Source of the DNA: a bacterium
GTDB taxonomy: Bacteria > Verrucomicrobiota > Verrucomicrobiia > Chthoniobacterales > JAFAMB01
Reading direction: 5' to 3'
Assembly: GCA_046727495.1 (NCBI GenBank)
Contig: JBKPCS010000077.1
Location: forward strand, 1 to 57,815
DNA length: 57,815 bases
In this document: positions 1 to 9,227 of the stretch, one piece after another
Position numbering within the stretch: position 1 is the first letter of the stretch
How the letters are laid out: each line of letters starts with the position of its first letter
Notes under the pieces: generated by a model
Told to the model about the DNA's origin: nothing
The model's database searches: none
The model's input: only the letters and a program-made list of their open reading frames with translations
Program-made: the position numbers and the translations under genes

Positions 1-76
1 CTTCAGTTCCTTCTGGCCTTGCTTGATTGCTTGCGCTTTTACACCTATTCTCGATTTGTTCTTTATTATTCATAGA

Positions 77-117
77 GAGCCGACAGTTTAGCAGCGAGTG
101 CTGCTTGCTGTCGGCTC
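77..117. other. GC-rich stem-loop (possible terminator or regulatory hairpin)
   Basis: GAGCCGACAG (77-86) pairs with CTGTCGGCTC (108-117), with an inner AGCAGC-GAGT-GCTGCT stem; no clear U-tract. Confidence 0.45.
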
Positions 118-124
118 ATGTCAT

Positions 125-211
125 CTAAAGCCCTGGGCTAGAATCCTTTGCTCCTTCGGAGCTAGGCCACAAAGTGGCCAGATATGTTAGCCCAGGGCTT
201 TAGCCCTGGGT
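125..211. repeat. REP-like multi-hairpin element (CCCAGGGC-TTTA-GCCCTGGG type)
   Basis: Perfect 16-bp inverted repeat CTAAAGCCCTGGGCTA (125-140) / TAGCCCAGGGCTTTAG (188-203) enclosing the small hairpins GCTCC-TTC-GGAGC and GGCCAC-AAA-GTGGCC. Confidence 0.7.
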
Positions 212-312
212 TATGCCATGCAACTGGCAAAGCCGGTCTGAAAGACCGGCAGACCTCGCCGCGTGTTCAACCCCAAAGGTAGACAGCGCGTCAAACGACC
301 CAAACGCCAACC

Positions 313-528
313 CTATTGATCGGAAAACGAACGCAAGAATTCTTCGATGATTTTTGCCTGATCTCGCGCGTTGCGCTCAATGGCTTCTAAACCCTGCGCC
401 AATGATTCTTTTGACGGATTCGAATTCCGCAACACGTGGGTCCAGCCCAAAATTGTATTAAGCGGTGTGCGCAGATCGTGGCAGATCCGGCGAAGCCGGT
501 CTGTGTCGAGTTGTTCCAGCCTTTCCAT
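313..528 (-). CDS. Stand-alone histidine kinase dimerization/phospho-acceptor (HisKA/DHp) mini-protein
   Basis: 71 aa; H-box CHDLRTPLNTILGW followed by IERNARDQAKIIEEFL; GGAAAGGA RBS-like motif upstream; no ATPase domain. Confidence 0.75.
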   Translation of the reverse strand: MERLEQLDTDRLRRICHDLRTPLNTILGWTHVLRNSNPSKESLAQGLEAIERNARDQAKIIEEFLRSFSDQ

Positions 529-588
529 AGGCGTTTCATCCTTTCCGCTTTAGAACGTCCCTTAAATCAAGACTCAAAACTCAAGATT

Positions 589-1227
589 TCAAAACGAGAT
601 ACCGGCATTTTCAGACACGCCAATTTGCGGCACGAGCTTCGGTGGGCGCCGGCCGCGGCGTATCGCACCGGCGATCGGTACGTGTGTCAGGACTTGATTG
701 GCAATTGCGCTCCGGAGCAAAAGCCCGCCACGGCTCATGTCTCCGCGGCCAACGAACTCAACCGGAAACTGAAGGTTATCTCCAAAAATCGGCAAAAGGT
801 GATCGACATATTTGCCAGTCGCGATGCTACCGAGAAGAACGACGGAACCGGAATGCGTATGAGACAGTGTTGTCGCGTCGCGAATCAAAGGCTCACTGTA
901 GCGCTTATCGGAAGCATCAATGGGCACGCCGCAAAATCCTAGAAGATCATTCACAGTTATCCGTTGGTCGGCCGGCATCAGGCCGCGATTTGTGGTAATC
1001 ACGAACACCGGCCGGTTAACTGGATTAGTAAAGGTGCGGGCATACGACAATTTTCCGCGGAAATAGAGTCCACTCATGAATGCGAATGCTTCGGCCAGTG
1101 AAACGCCATCGCGCCTTAAGCGTCGCGCCAGTTCGAAGGAGGCATTCGAGTCCAGAAGCATTTGAGCCCGTTTTCCTGCGACGTTAGCGGGAGAGAGTAG
1201 AAAGATTCTATGCTCAGAATTTCCCAT
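589..1227 (-). CDS. Conserved hypothetical protein, possibly YaaA/DUF6884-like fold
   Basis: Well-formed ORF (start taken at ATG 1227); motifs IFLLSPAN, FMSGLYFRGK and VITTNRGLMPADQRI resemble the YaaA-type pattern (by eye). Confidence 0.65.
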   Translation of the reverse strand: MGNSEHRIFLLSPANVAGKRAQMLLDSNASFELARRLRRDGVSLAEAFAFMSGLYFRGKLSYARTFTNPVNRPVFVITTNRGLMPADQRITVNDLLGFCGVPIDASDKRYSEPLIRDATTLSHTHSGSVVLLGSIATGKYVDHLLPIFGDNLQFPVEFVGRGDMSRGGLLLRSAIANQVLTHVPIAGAIRRGRRPPKLVPQIGVSENAGISF

Positions 1228-1473
1228 CTTTGAAGGAGTAATGAGAGTTCTGTTCAATGATGGCGCCACCGCGCATTTACCCGGCTCTTGAACTTAATCC
1301 TCTGATTTGCTATGCTTTTTCTTGAGAAAATTTCAACCGGAAACAGCCGGTTGCCCTCTCAGCTGCGAGTATTCGTACAGCAAATTTATAGTCTGCGCGG
1401 ACGTGGGCCAAGTGCCCCGAGGTCTAAAACTGCTACGTCCAACCGAGGCGACCGCCGGGCTGCCCTGACCAGC

Positions 1474-3366
1474 ATGACTAATCCTTCTCCGCTCCATGAG
1501 GAAAGTTTTCAGCAGGTCGTTTCCAATGTGGAAGATCATGCGATCTTTCTGTTAACTCCTGAAGGATATATCACCAGCTGGAACACGGGAGCTGCGCGAA
1601 TTCTCGGCTATCAGCCCGGTGAGATTATTGGAAAGAATTTTGCAGTCTTTTATTCGCGGGAAGACGTCGAGAGAGGGGCGCCGATACAAGATCTTGATCT
1701 TGCCCAAGCGCGAGTAAGTCACGTTGAGGAAGGCTGGAGGGTCAGAAGCGATGGATCCAAGTTTTGGGCGCACACCGAGCTGACAGCGATCCACGAAAAG
1801 CAGAACCAGTTGCGTGGTTTTTTGCAGGTGACGCAGGACTTGACCGAGCGGCAGGAAGCTAGAGCTGGTTTACGCCAGAGCGAAGATCGATTCAGACGAT
1901 TGGTCGAAGGAGTACAGGAATACGCAATCTTCATGCTCGATCCAAAAGGAAACGTTGCGACCTGGAATCGCGGTGCGCAGCGGATGAAAGGTTACCAGGC
2001 AGAAGAGATTATCGGCAGACATTTTTCGTGCTTCTACACGCCGGAAGCGTTGGAAGAGCGACTGCCTGAGCGAAATCTGCGCGTGGCCACCCGAAAACGC
2101 CAGTTTGAGGGAGAAGGCTGGAGAGTCCGGCGGGATGGCAGGCGGTTTTGGGCCAGCGTTTTGATCACTGCACTATTTGACGAGAACGGCGCATTGGAAG
2201 GTTTTGCCAAGGTCACGCGAGATTTGTCGGAAAAGAGGCAAATTGAGGCTCTCGCCCAGGCAGATCAGCACAAGGACGAATTTTTGGCGGTGCTAGCGCA
2301 CGAGCTGAGAAACCCATTGGCTCCAATCAGCAATGCACTTTATTTGACCGACCAGCCGAACGTTGCGCCTGGTGAGCTGGCGCGAGCAATGGAAGGGGCT
2401 AGACGCCAAGCTCGTCAAATGGCGCGCCTTCTCGATGATTTGCTTGATTTGACGCGCATTGGGAGAGGTCTGTTGGACTTGAACAAAGAGCGGATCGATG
2501 TGCGATCGATCATGACAAGCTGCGTCGAATCGATTCGGCGATTGGCCGGGGAGCGGCGTCAGGAATTGACCATAGAGCTTTTGCCCGACCCGGTCTGGGT
2601 CGAAGCAGATGCGGTCCGCCTCGAGCAGGTCGTGACGAATCTTCTGACAAACGCAATAAGCTACACTGACGATGGTGGACAAATTCGGGTCGTGCTGGAG
2701 CGCGAGCGCGATGAAGTAGTTATTCGAGTAATTGATACAGGAATCGGTATCGAGCGGGACGAGCTGGCCCGCATTTTCACTCTGTTCGTGCGGGGCCGGC
2801 CGCGCCACGGCTATCCGGTGGCCGGTACGGGAATTGGCCTAGCTCTGGTAAAAAGGTTGGTTGAGGCTCACGGAGGTAAAGTATCGGCGGTAAGCGAAGG
2901 CCTCGGCAAAGGAAGCGAGTTCATCGTCCGGCTCCCAGCACCCGATTCCAAAGTAGCCGCAGGGTCGTTGCTAAAAGACAAGGCTTCAGCTTCCTCTTCC
3001 GCAATTTCTCGGCGGGTGCTGGTGGTCGACGACAATCAGGATTTGGCGGAGAGTCTGGCACTCGTGCTCAAAACAGCAGGGCATGAAGTCCGGGTAGCGA
3101 AGGCGCCTGGTGAAGTTTTCAAAATAATGCCCGCATTTTCGCCCGAGGTGGTCATTCTCGACATCGGTTTGCCAGAAATGGACGGTTACGAGCTCTGCCG
3201 GCGCATGCGCGAACAATTCGACCTGACAGGCGTAACGCTCATCGCGCTGACCGGATGGGGTCAGATGCAAGACCTGCAAATGTCGAAGAGAGCAGGTTTC
3301 CAACACCATCTAGTGAAGCCGGTTGATCCAGGTTACCTCATTAGTTTGCTAGGGAAGGGCCGATAG
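1474..3366 (+). CDS. PAS-PAS hybrid sensor histidine kinase/response regulator
   Basis: Two PAS repeats (AIFLL/AIFMLD..G....WN.GA), H-box LAHELRNPL, N-box NLLTNA, G boxes DTGIGI and GTGIGL, receiver (VVDDN, ILDIGLPEMDG, KP); start ATG 1474 chosen. Confidence 0.95.
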   Translation: MTNPSPLHEESFQQVVSNVEDHAIFLLTPEGYITSWNTGAARILGYQPGEIIGKNFAVFYSREDVERGAPIQDLDLAQARVSHVEEGWRVRSDGSKFWAHTELTAIHEKQNQLRGFLQVTQDLTERQEARAGLRQSEDRFRRLVEGVQEYAIFMLDPKGNVATWNRGAQRMKGYQAEEIIGRHFSCFYTPEALEERLPERNLRVATRKRQFEGEGWRVRRDGRRFWASVLITALFDENGALEGFAKVTRDLSEKRQIEALAQADQHKDEFLAVLAHELRNPLAPISNALYLTDQPNVAPGELARAMEGARRQARQMARLLDDLLDLTRIGRGLLDLNKERIDVRSIMTSCVESIRRLAGERRQELTIELLPDPVWVEADAVRLEQVVTNLLTNAISYTDDGGQIRVVLERERDEVVIRVIDTGIGIERDELARIFTLFVRGRPRHGYPVAGTGIGLALVKRLVEAHGGKVSAVSEGLGKGSEFIVRLPAPDSKVAAGSLLKDKASASSSAISRRVLVVDDNQDLAESLALVLKTAGHEVRVAKAPGEVFKIMPAFSPEVVILDIGLPEMDGYELCRRMREQFDLTGVTLIALTGWGQMQDLQMSKRAGFQHHLVKPVDPGYLISLLGKGR

Positions 3367-3666
3367 AGAAGCGTGCCGGCGGGCATGAGCAAGGAGGGGA
3401 CGAAAAGTCCTTATGAAAATACGTCGTCTGCGCGGCCGTTAAAGGAGTCCTCGGGTGTCATTGGCGGCGAACAAAGTGGCTGAATAGGGGAGGGCGCCCA
3501 CACTCGCTTAACGATTAGGAAAGGATGAAGCTGCAAGAAACTCCGAATGAAGAAGGTGAAGCGGATCACAAGCTGAACAGTATTGCTGAGCGGCACGTTA
3601 ACATTGCTGCGGCACACGTTTGACAGCAGGTCTGTTTTGATCCGCCAAAGTACATGGACTGAAAGC

Positions 3667-3780
3667 ATGAGCTTAGATGTGTCCAAAGACATCGACTTAG
3701 ACACTGTCCCGGAAGCCGAACCGGAAGAGCCGGCAACGCCCGCTCCGAAAGAAGGAGAAGGCATTATTGAGGAGCCTTAG
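3667..3780 (+). CDS. Small acidic, proline-rich protein (37 aa), hypothetical
   Basis: ATG 3667 in frame with ORF 3583..3780: MSLDVSKDIDLDTVPEAEPEEPATPAPKEGEGIIEEP; protein-like composition in an otherwise empty spacer. Confidence 0.35.
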   Translation: MSLDVSKDIDLDTVPEAEPEEPATPAPKEGEGIIEEP

Positions 3781-3973
3781 GTGCCCCGGAGCTTATGGAC
3801 AATTGGACTCTAGGGCGAGTGCCCTACAGCACACAACGGGTCCGTCCCTTCTCAAAGGACAATCCATCGGCACGGCGGCCAGAGAAGGGTTGAGCGACGA
3901 CGGTAGACGGCCAAGAGGCGCGCTTTTTAAGCGCGCCTACAGTGCGTGTCGGGCGTGCGAGTTGCCAGCCTCT

Positions 3974-5077
3974 CTACTGACCGTTCCCTTGTACCAGATC
4001 GTGTGGGTCTACGGTCAACGTTCCAAAAAGACCGTCGGCTTCATCGTTGATCCCTGCTGTAAAATAGAGCGTATTACCGGTGCCAGACTTCGATCCGGCG
4101 TCGCCGCTGGCGAATGAAAGCGCCCAAAGCCCGTCAATCCGAATCGGATTGCCTTTAGGGTCCAGCATTTTGCCTGCAAAACGGCCATTAGCTGGATTGA
4201 AAACGAGAATTTCGCCACTGCCGAATTGTCCGCTGAGCAGCCTGTGACTCAATCCACCAAAGTCGCTGGGTGCCAGCGCGATTCCCCAGGGCGAGTTAAA
4301 CCAAGGGCCGTACTGTAGGAACTGCACCGGAACCCCTTTTGTGTCGAATGCCACAACGAAACCGAACCCCGCACCTGCGACGTCATCGTGCTTTGCCTGG
4401 TCTTGTTTTGCGAAAGTCACGTAAAGGTTGCCGCCCACGTTCAGGATATTGAACGGCGCAAATCCCAGGTTTCCGACGAATTCCAAAAAGGCGCCAGAAG
4501 CCGTCGGAATCGGCGTAAAATTGGTGTCAAACTTCAATATCTTCGCTTGCCGGAAATCTGCGACATACAGGAAGCGCTTACCGTCATCTACCGCGATAGC
4601 TGCACCCTTGAATACAGACTTGGTCGAGTTGCGCACTTTTGCGATAGCTGCGTTCGGATTGACCTTCGGGTTCCATCCCGAGATGGTGCCATCCTCGTTC
4701 ACGAACAGGAACATGGCAGGATTTCCTTTCGTTATTTCAAAGTCCGATGTTCCATTGAAAACGGCACCTGTCGGAGTACCCGTGGGTGATTGTGCAGGAT
4801 CAGAGGGAATCGTTACCTGTAGCGGTTGAACCGCTCCTGTTCCGTCGTACAGCGTCGCAAAGCCGGTACCGTTATCTGAAACCCACCAGAAACTTGTGGA
4901 ACTCCGCGCTAGCCCCCATGGATTCTTGAGACGGATATCTGGAGGGTTCTTTGCCATCCCAGGCAGATCCGACACCAGATTCGTTTTTATATAGTGTTGT
5001 GCAACCAGTACAGCCGGACTGAACGCAACGATCAGAGTGAGTGTCGTGCGCCAAAAGAAACGCTGGAAAGTTTTCAT
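3974..5077 (-). CDS. TIGR03118 family secreted protein (probable beta-propeller)
   Basis: GGAGGAG RBS before ATG 5077; signal peptide; motifs TNLVSD, NPWGLA, WVSDNGTG, PTGAVFN, EDGTISGWNP, FNSPWGIALAP, IDGLWAL, LYFTAG. Confidence 0.9.
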   Translation of the reverse strand: MKTFQRFFWRTTLTLIVAFSPAVLVAQHYIKTNLVSDLPGMAKNPPDIRLKNPWGLARSSTSFWWVSDNGTGFATLYDGTGAVQPLQVTIPSDPAQSPTGTPTGAVFNGTSDFEITKGNPAMFLFVNEDGTISGWNPKVNPNAAIAKVRNSTKSVFKGAAIAVDDGKRFLYVADFRQAKILKFDTNFTPIPTASGAFLEFVGNLGFAPFNILNVGGNLYVTFAKQDQAKHDDVAGAGFGFVVAFDTKGVPVQFLQYGPWFNSPWGIALAPSDFGGLSHRLLSGQFGSGEILVFNPANGRFAGKMLDPKGNPIRIDGLWALSFASGDAGSKSGTGNTLYFTAGINDEADGLFGTLTVDPHDLVQGNGQ

Positions 5078-5269
5078 GTTTTGCTCCTCCGGAAGACCCA
5101 TGATTTTAGGACCCCGGAAGAACAGGAAAAATACGCACTTCTGCGTACGGCTAGTGGAACAGATTTTGCGTATTCTGTTTTGGAACACATGATAGCCCTA
5201 CCTCTCCCTGGCTCGCCTGGCGAAATCTTCGGCTCGGTTGCTGTGCTCCGAGACTAGGGCGGAAGCTTT

Positions 5270-5333
5270 CGATTCGGTATTCGGACAACGGTGGACCGAA
5301 GACGGGCAACAGCCCCGAAAGCATTCGGGGCTG
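5270..5333 (-). repeat. GCCCCGAA-loop-TTCGGGGC hairpin plus degenerate heptamer run after the priA stop
   Basis: CAGCCCCGAA-AGCA-TTCGGGGCTG at 5310-5333; the same hairpin occurs at 8221, 19058 and 32375. Confidence 0.7.
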
Positions 5334-5342
5334 AAAGCGCTG

Positions 5343-7559
5343 CTACATCAACTGTTGGGGATCGACATCCACCGTCACGATAACTTCCTCCGGGAATGTT
5401 AATTTATCGAGGATCGCCCGGATCGTCTTACTGAGACGGCGGATCGCTTTCGTCCGCATCAGAATCTGGTACCGATAGTAGCCCTTTGAACGCTCGATCG
5501 GCGCTGGCACCACCGGATGCAGCGTGGTCGATGAATCCAATTGTTCGCTGATCCTGCGGTGAAGCGTTTCGCCGCTGAATTCGGCGCGCCGTTGATGCTC
5601 GGAGCGAATGTGAATCATCAAGAGATGACAAAATGGAGGGTACCCGCACCGTTCTCGAAAATCGTTTTCCTGTTCCCAGAATCCTTCAAAATTGTGATGG
5701 CGGGCAAACTGGATCGACGGACTAAATGGAGTCGCACTCTGAACATAAACTTCGCCTGCCATATCGCCGCGACCAGCGCGTCCAGCCACCTGTGTCAGTA
5801 ATTGGAACGTTCTTTCACCGGCCCGGAAATCCGGCATGTGCAAAGCGACATCGGCATTGATAATTCCAACTAGTGTGACGTTGGGAAAATCCAGTCCTTT
5901 CGCTATCATCTGTGTGCCGATAAGGATATCGATCTTGCCGGTGCGGAACGCTTGCAGCGTGTGCCGGTAAGCGTCCTTTCGGGACATGGAGTCAGCGTCC
6001 ATCCGCGCTACTGCGGCTTTTGGAAACAACTTCTGGACGATGCCTTCGACCTTTTGAGTTCCGTAACCGGCATACCGGATCGACGGGTCTCCGCATTTGG
6101 GACATTTCCGGGGCGCAACGGCGACATGACCACAGAGGTGACATTTCAGCCGATCTTCCTGAAGATGAAACGTCAATGCCACCGTGCAGTTTGGGCACTC
6201 GCACACATGGCCGCACTGGTTGCAAACCAGAGACGTTGAATAGCCGCGGCGATTGAGAAAAAGTATTGTTTGTTCTTTTTTCGCGAGACGATCTTCGATA
6301 GCGGTTCCCAGACCTTGAGAGATCACCGGCAATTGCTTTTGCTTCAGATATTCCTGACGCATGTCGACAACCCGAATGAGGGGAAGCTGCCGGTCGTCAA
6401 TGCGAGCTGTCAATCTTACCAGGCGATATTTGCCGATCTTTGCGTTGTGATAGCTCTCCAGTGACGGTGTCGCGCTTCCCAGCACAACCGCACATTGTTC
6501 GAACTGCGCGCGAACAACTGCCAGGTCGCGAGCGTTATAGCGTGGCGCTTCTTCTTGTTTATAAGAAGTCTCGTGTTCTTCATCGACTACGATTAAACCG
6601 AGCTGATCGATCGGCGCGAACACTGCGCTTCGGGCGCCAATGGCGATCTGGGCGCGCCCGCTGCGGAGCTTGTGCCATTCGTCATGTCGTTCACCGGCCG
6701 ACAGATGGCTATGAACCACGGCGATCCGGTCAACCGGGAAACGCATTTTGAACCGTTCAACGGTCTGCGGAGTCAGTGAGATTTCCGGAACCAGCACCAG
6801 AGCGCCCAGTCCACGATTCAAGCATTCCTGGATCGCCTGCAGATAAATTTCTGTTTTCCCGCTACCGGTAATTCCGTGAATCAAGATTGGTTGGCTGCTC
6901 CGCTTCTGAATTGACTCGATCACAACACCAAGCGCCGCCGTTTGTTCAGGATTCAGAATAAGCGGCCCACTGGCAATGAACTGCTCCTTCGCATACGGAT
7001 CGCGATCGAGGTTCTCCAGCTGCATCCAGAGCAGTCCTCGATCGACCAGCTGTTGGATCGTTCGGTCAGTAGTCATTGCTTTTAGCTGAAGCTCTTTCCA
7101 GCGGACCGGGCCGGCCAATTCGATCACGTGGCGGAGTACGTCGGCCTGGCGCGGAGCTTTCTTGGCTAGCGTCGCGAGCTCCGTTTCATCAATTGGACGT
7201 TGCAACGAAAGAACACGTTCTCGTTTGAATCCCAGCTGAGCTTTGCGAATCACCTGGGGCAGCACCGATCTGATCGATGTTTCGATCGGGCAACAATAAT
7301 ACTCCGCCATCCAGCGAGCTAATTTGAGAAGACGATCATTTAGAATCGGCGTTTCGGAAACCAGTTCCAAAATCGACTTTGGATTTGGCACCGATGGCGT
7401 GTCGACGACGGCGACAACTGTTGCTAGTATTTCGCGTGAACGCAGCGGAACTTTTACTCGAGAGCCGATGTGAACGTTGTTGGTCCACGGCTCGGGAACG
7501 GCATAATCTAGCTCTTTATCTGTGGGGTCATCCGTGATGACCCGAACGTACTGCTGCAT
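5343..7559 (-). CDS. priA: Primosomal protein N' (replication restart helicase)
   Basis: GITGSGKTE Walker A, LVPEISLTPQ, VDEEHE, SATPSLES, LNRRGY, four CxxC pairs, GTQMIAKGLDFP, QVAGRAGR, DVDP end. Confidence 0.98.
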   Translation of the reverse strand: MQQYVRVITDDPTDKELDYAVPEPWTNNVHIGSRVKVPLRSREILATVVAVVDTPSVPNPKSILELVSETPILNDRLLKLARWMAEYYCCPIETSIRSVLPQVIRKAQLGFKRERVLSLQRPIDETELATLAKKAPRQADVLRHVIELAGPVRWKELQLKAMTTDRTIQQLVDRGLLWMQLENLDRDPYAKEQFIASGPLILNPEQTAALGVVIESIQKRSSQPILIHGITGSGKTEIYLQAIQECLNRGLGALVLVPEISLTPQTVERFKMRFPVDRIAVVHSHLSAGERHDEWHKLRSGRAQIAIGARSAVFAPIDQLGLIVVDEEHETSYKQEEAPRYNARDLAVVRAQFEQCAVVLGSATPSLESYHNAKIGKYRLVRLTARIDDRQLPLIRVVDMRQEYLKQKQLPVISQGLGTAIEDRLAKKEQTILFLNRRGYSTSLVCNQCGHVCECPNCTVALTFHLQEDRLKCHLCGHVAVAPRKCPKCGDPSIRYAGYGTQKVEGIVQKLFPKAAVARMDADSMSRKDAYRHTLQAFRTGKIDILIGTQMIAKGLDFPNVTLVGIINADVALHMPDFRAGERTFQLLTQVAGRAGRGDMAGEVYVQSATPFSPSIQFARHHNFEGFWEQENDFRERCGYPPFCHLLMIHIRSEHQRRAEFSGETLHRRISEQLDSSTTLHPVVPAPIERSKGYYRYQILMRTKAIRRLSKTIRAILDKLTFPEEVIVTVDVDPQQLM

Positions 7560-7574
7560 TTTTGCCGTAGTCTA

Positions 7575-8222
7575 ATGGGTTTGGAGCAAAGTCGAAAGTG
7601 GAAGAGATGGGGCTGGTTTTTGGTGAAGCTGGCCTTCGTTATTGTGGCGTCGGGCGCGACAGCTATCTGCTACCTGATAGTGCGATCACAGGATCCGTTG
7701 TACGTCCTTCGCGAACTTAAGAATTGGGCGGACTATCGACGGTTTGACGCGCTGATTGCCAATGTTGGGAAACAATACAATGTCGACCCGCGCCTGATCA
7801 AAGCCGTCGTGTGGAGAGAGAGCCGGTTCCAAGCTGACATGGTTGGGCGTCACGGCGAACGCGGTCTCATGCAGGTCTCCGAAGTCGCCGCGCGCGATTG
7901 GGCCATCGCTAAAGGGGTTCCGAATCCGTCGCCGGAACAATTGCTTCAGCCTGAACTGAACTTGGAGGTTGGCAGCTGGTACCTGGGCAAAGCTGTACAA
8001 CGTTGGAATAGCCAGGATGATCCGGTGCCCTTCGCTTTAGCCGAATATAATGCCGGCAAAAGCCGGGTAGATCGCTGGATCCGGTTGGCGGCCCAGAAAT
8101 CGAATGGGCAACCCGTAACGTCGGCAAGGTTCCAGGACGCGATCGATTTTCGTTCGACCGCCCGTTACGTCCGCACGATCCTGGCCCGGTACGATTTCTA
8201 CAAACGAAGAGGCCCGTTGTAG
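7575..8222 (+). CDS. Membrane-anchored lytic transglycosylase (SLT domain)
   Basis: N-terminal TM segment; AVVWRESRF, GLMQV, NLEVGSWYL, ALAEYNAG, TARYV. Confidence 0.92.
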   Translation: MGLEQSRKWKRWGWFLVKLAFVIVASGATAICYLIVRSQDPLYVLRELKNWADYRRFDALIANVGKQYNVDPRLIKAVVWRESRFQADMVGRHGERGLMQVSEVAARDWAIAKGVPNPSPEQLLQPELNLEVGSWYLGKAVQRWNSQDDPVPFALAEYNAGKSRVDRWIRLAAQKSNGQPVTSARFQDAIDFRSTARYVRTILARYDFYKRRGPL

Positions 8223-8352
8223 CCCCGAAAGGCTTCGGGGCTGTTATCGGTTATCGGTTTTCCGTTTTCGGTTTTCAGTTCTGGCCCCGGACCACGCATG
8301 AGCGGAGCCCCACCAACCGAAAACTGAAAACCGAAAACTGAAAACCGATAAC
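8221..8352. repeat. Composite element: GCCCCGAA hairpin plus inverted arms of degenerate (GTTTTCG)n heptamers
   Basis: Hairpin overlaps the slt stop; left arm GTTATCG GTTATCG GTTTTCC GTTTTCG GTTTTCA (8243-8280); right arm AACCGAAAACTGAAAACCGAAAACTGAAAACCGATAAC (8315-8352). Confidence 0.85.
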
Positions 8353-8366
8353 TAACGCCGAAGGCC

Positions 8367-9227
8367 CTATCGCAGCGCCCATACCGTCCGAATAACCTGG
8401 CTGGCCGCATGAACATCGTGGACCCGAAAAATGTTCGCTCCCCGCCGCATGCCGGCGACGATGCAGGCGACGGTTCCGGCATCCCGATCGTTTGGATCCG
8501 GCAAGCCCAGAACCTCTCCGATTACAGTTTTGCGCGAGACTGGCAATAGTATTGGCCGTTCGAAGGAGTGCAACCGGTCCAGGTTTCGATAGATACGCAG
8601 GTTGTCGCTCTTTTGTTTGGCGAAATCGATTCCAGGGTCGAGAACAATTGCTTCCCGGGGAACTCCGGCGGCTTCCGCTTGAGCTATCTTCTCGCTGAAA
8701 AACGTTTCCAGCGTGTGAAAGATGTCGGCGTAATATTTGTCCGTATTTTTTTGTTTCGGTGAACCGACCGAGTGCATGATGACAAGCGCAGCTCCATGTT
8801 TAGCTGCGGCCACTGCAGTCTCATCGGAGGGGAGCGCGCTCATGTCGTTCAGGAAATCGGCTCCAGCGGCCAGCAAGGTTTCGGCAACCCTTGGCCGCCA
8901 TGTGTTAACGGAGAGCAACGGTGGGTATACTTGCTCCTGGTCGATAGGCTGAACACCAGACAAACATTCGGAAAAGCGTTCAACAAATGGAAGGGTCCGC
9001 TCGATCTCTTCCGTTTCAGTGATCGGCAGCCGATTGGTGCGAGCGCTTTCGCCTCCGACGTCGATGATATCTGCTCCAGCCGCTAGCTGGTTTCGCGCCC
9101 GAACAATTGCTTCATCGATGTTTAACGTTCCGTCGTTGGAAAAGGAATCGTGGTTGATGTTCACAATTCCCATGATCAAGGGGCGTCGGGGAAATGTGAT
9201 AATCCTGTGTCGTGCGCGCAGCTTCAC
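8367..9227 (-). CDS. folP: Dihydropteroate synthase
   Basis: IMGIVNINHDSFS, IDVGGESAR, LDPGIDFAK, SRKTVIG, IFRVHDV; start overlaps the stop of the upstream gene. Confidence 0.95.
   Translation of the reverse strand: MKLRARHRIITFPRRPLIMGIVNINHDSFSNDGTLNIDEAIVRARNQLAAGADIIDVGGESARTNRLPITETEEIERTLPFVERFSECLSGVQPIDQEQVYPPLLSVNTWRPRVAETLLAAGADFLNDMSALPSDETAVAAAKHGAALVIMHSVGSPKQKNTDKYYADIFHTLETFFSEKIAQAEAAGVPREAIVLDPGIDFAKQKSDNLRIYRNLDRLHSFERPILLPVSRKTVIGEVLGLPDPNDRDAGTVACIVAGMRRGANIFRVHDVHAASQVIRTVWALR

Noticed and set aside
1-73. Possible gene start on the minus strand (MNNKEQIENR...) leaving the window
   Set aside because: Only 24 codons are visible and there is no family signal
125-211. Complete IS200/IS605 or MITE
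   Set aside because: No transposase or target duplication seen in the window; kept only as a REP-like element
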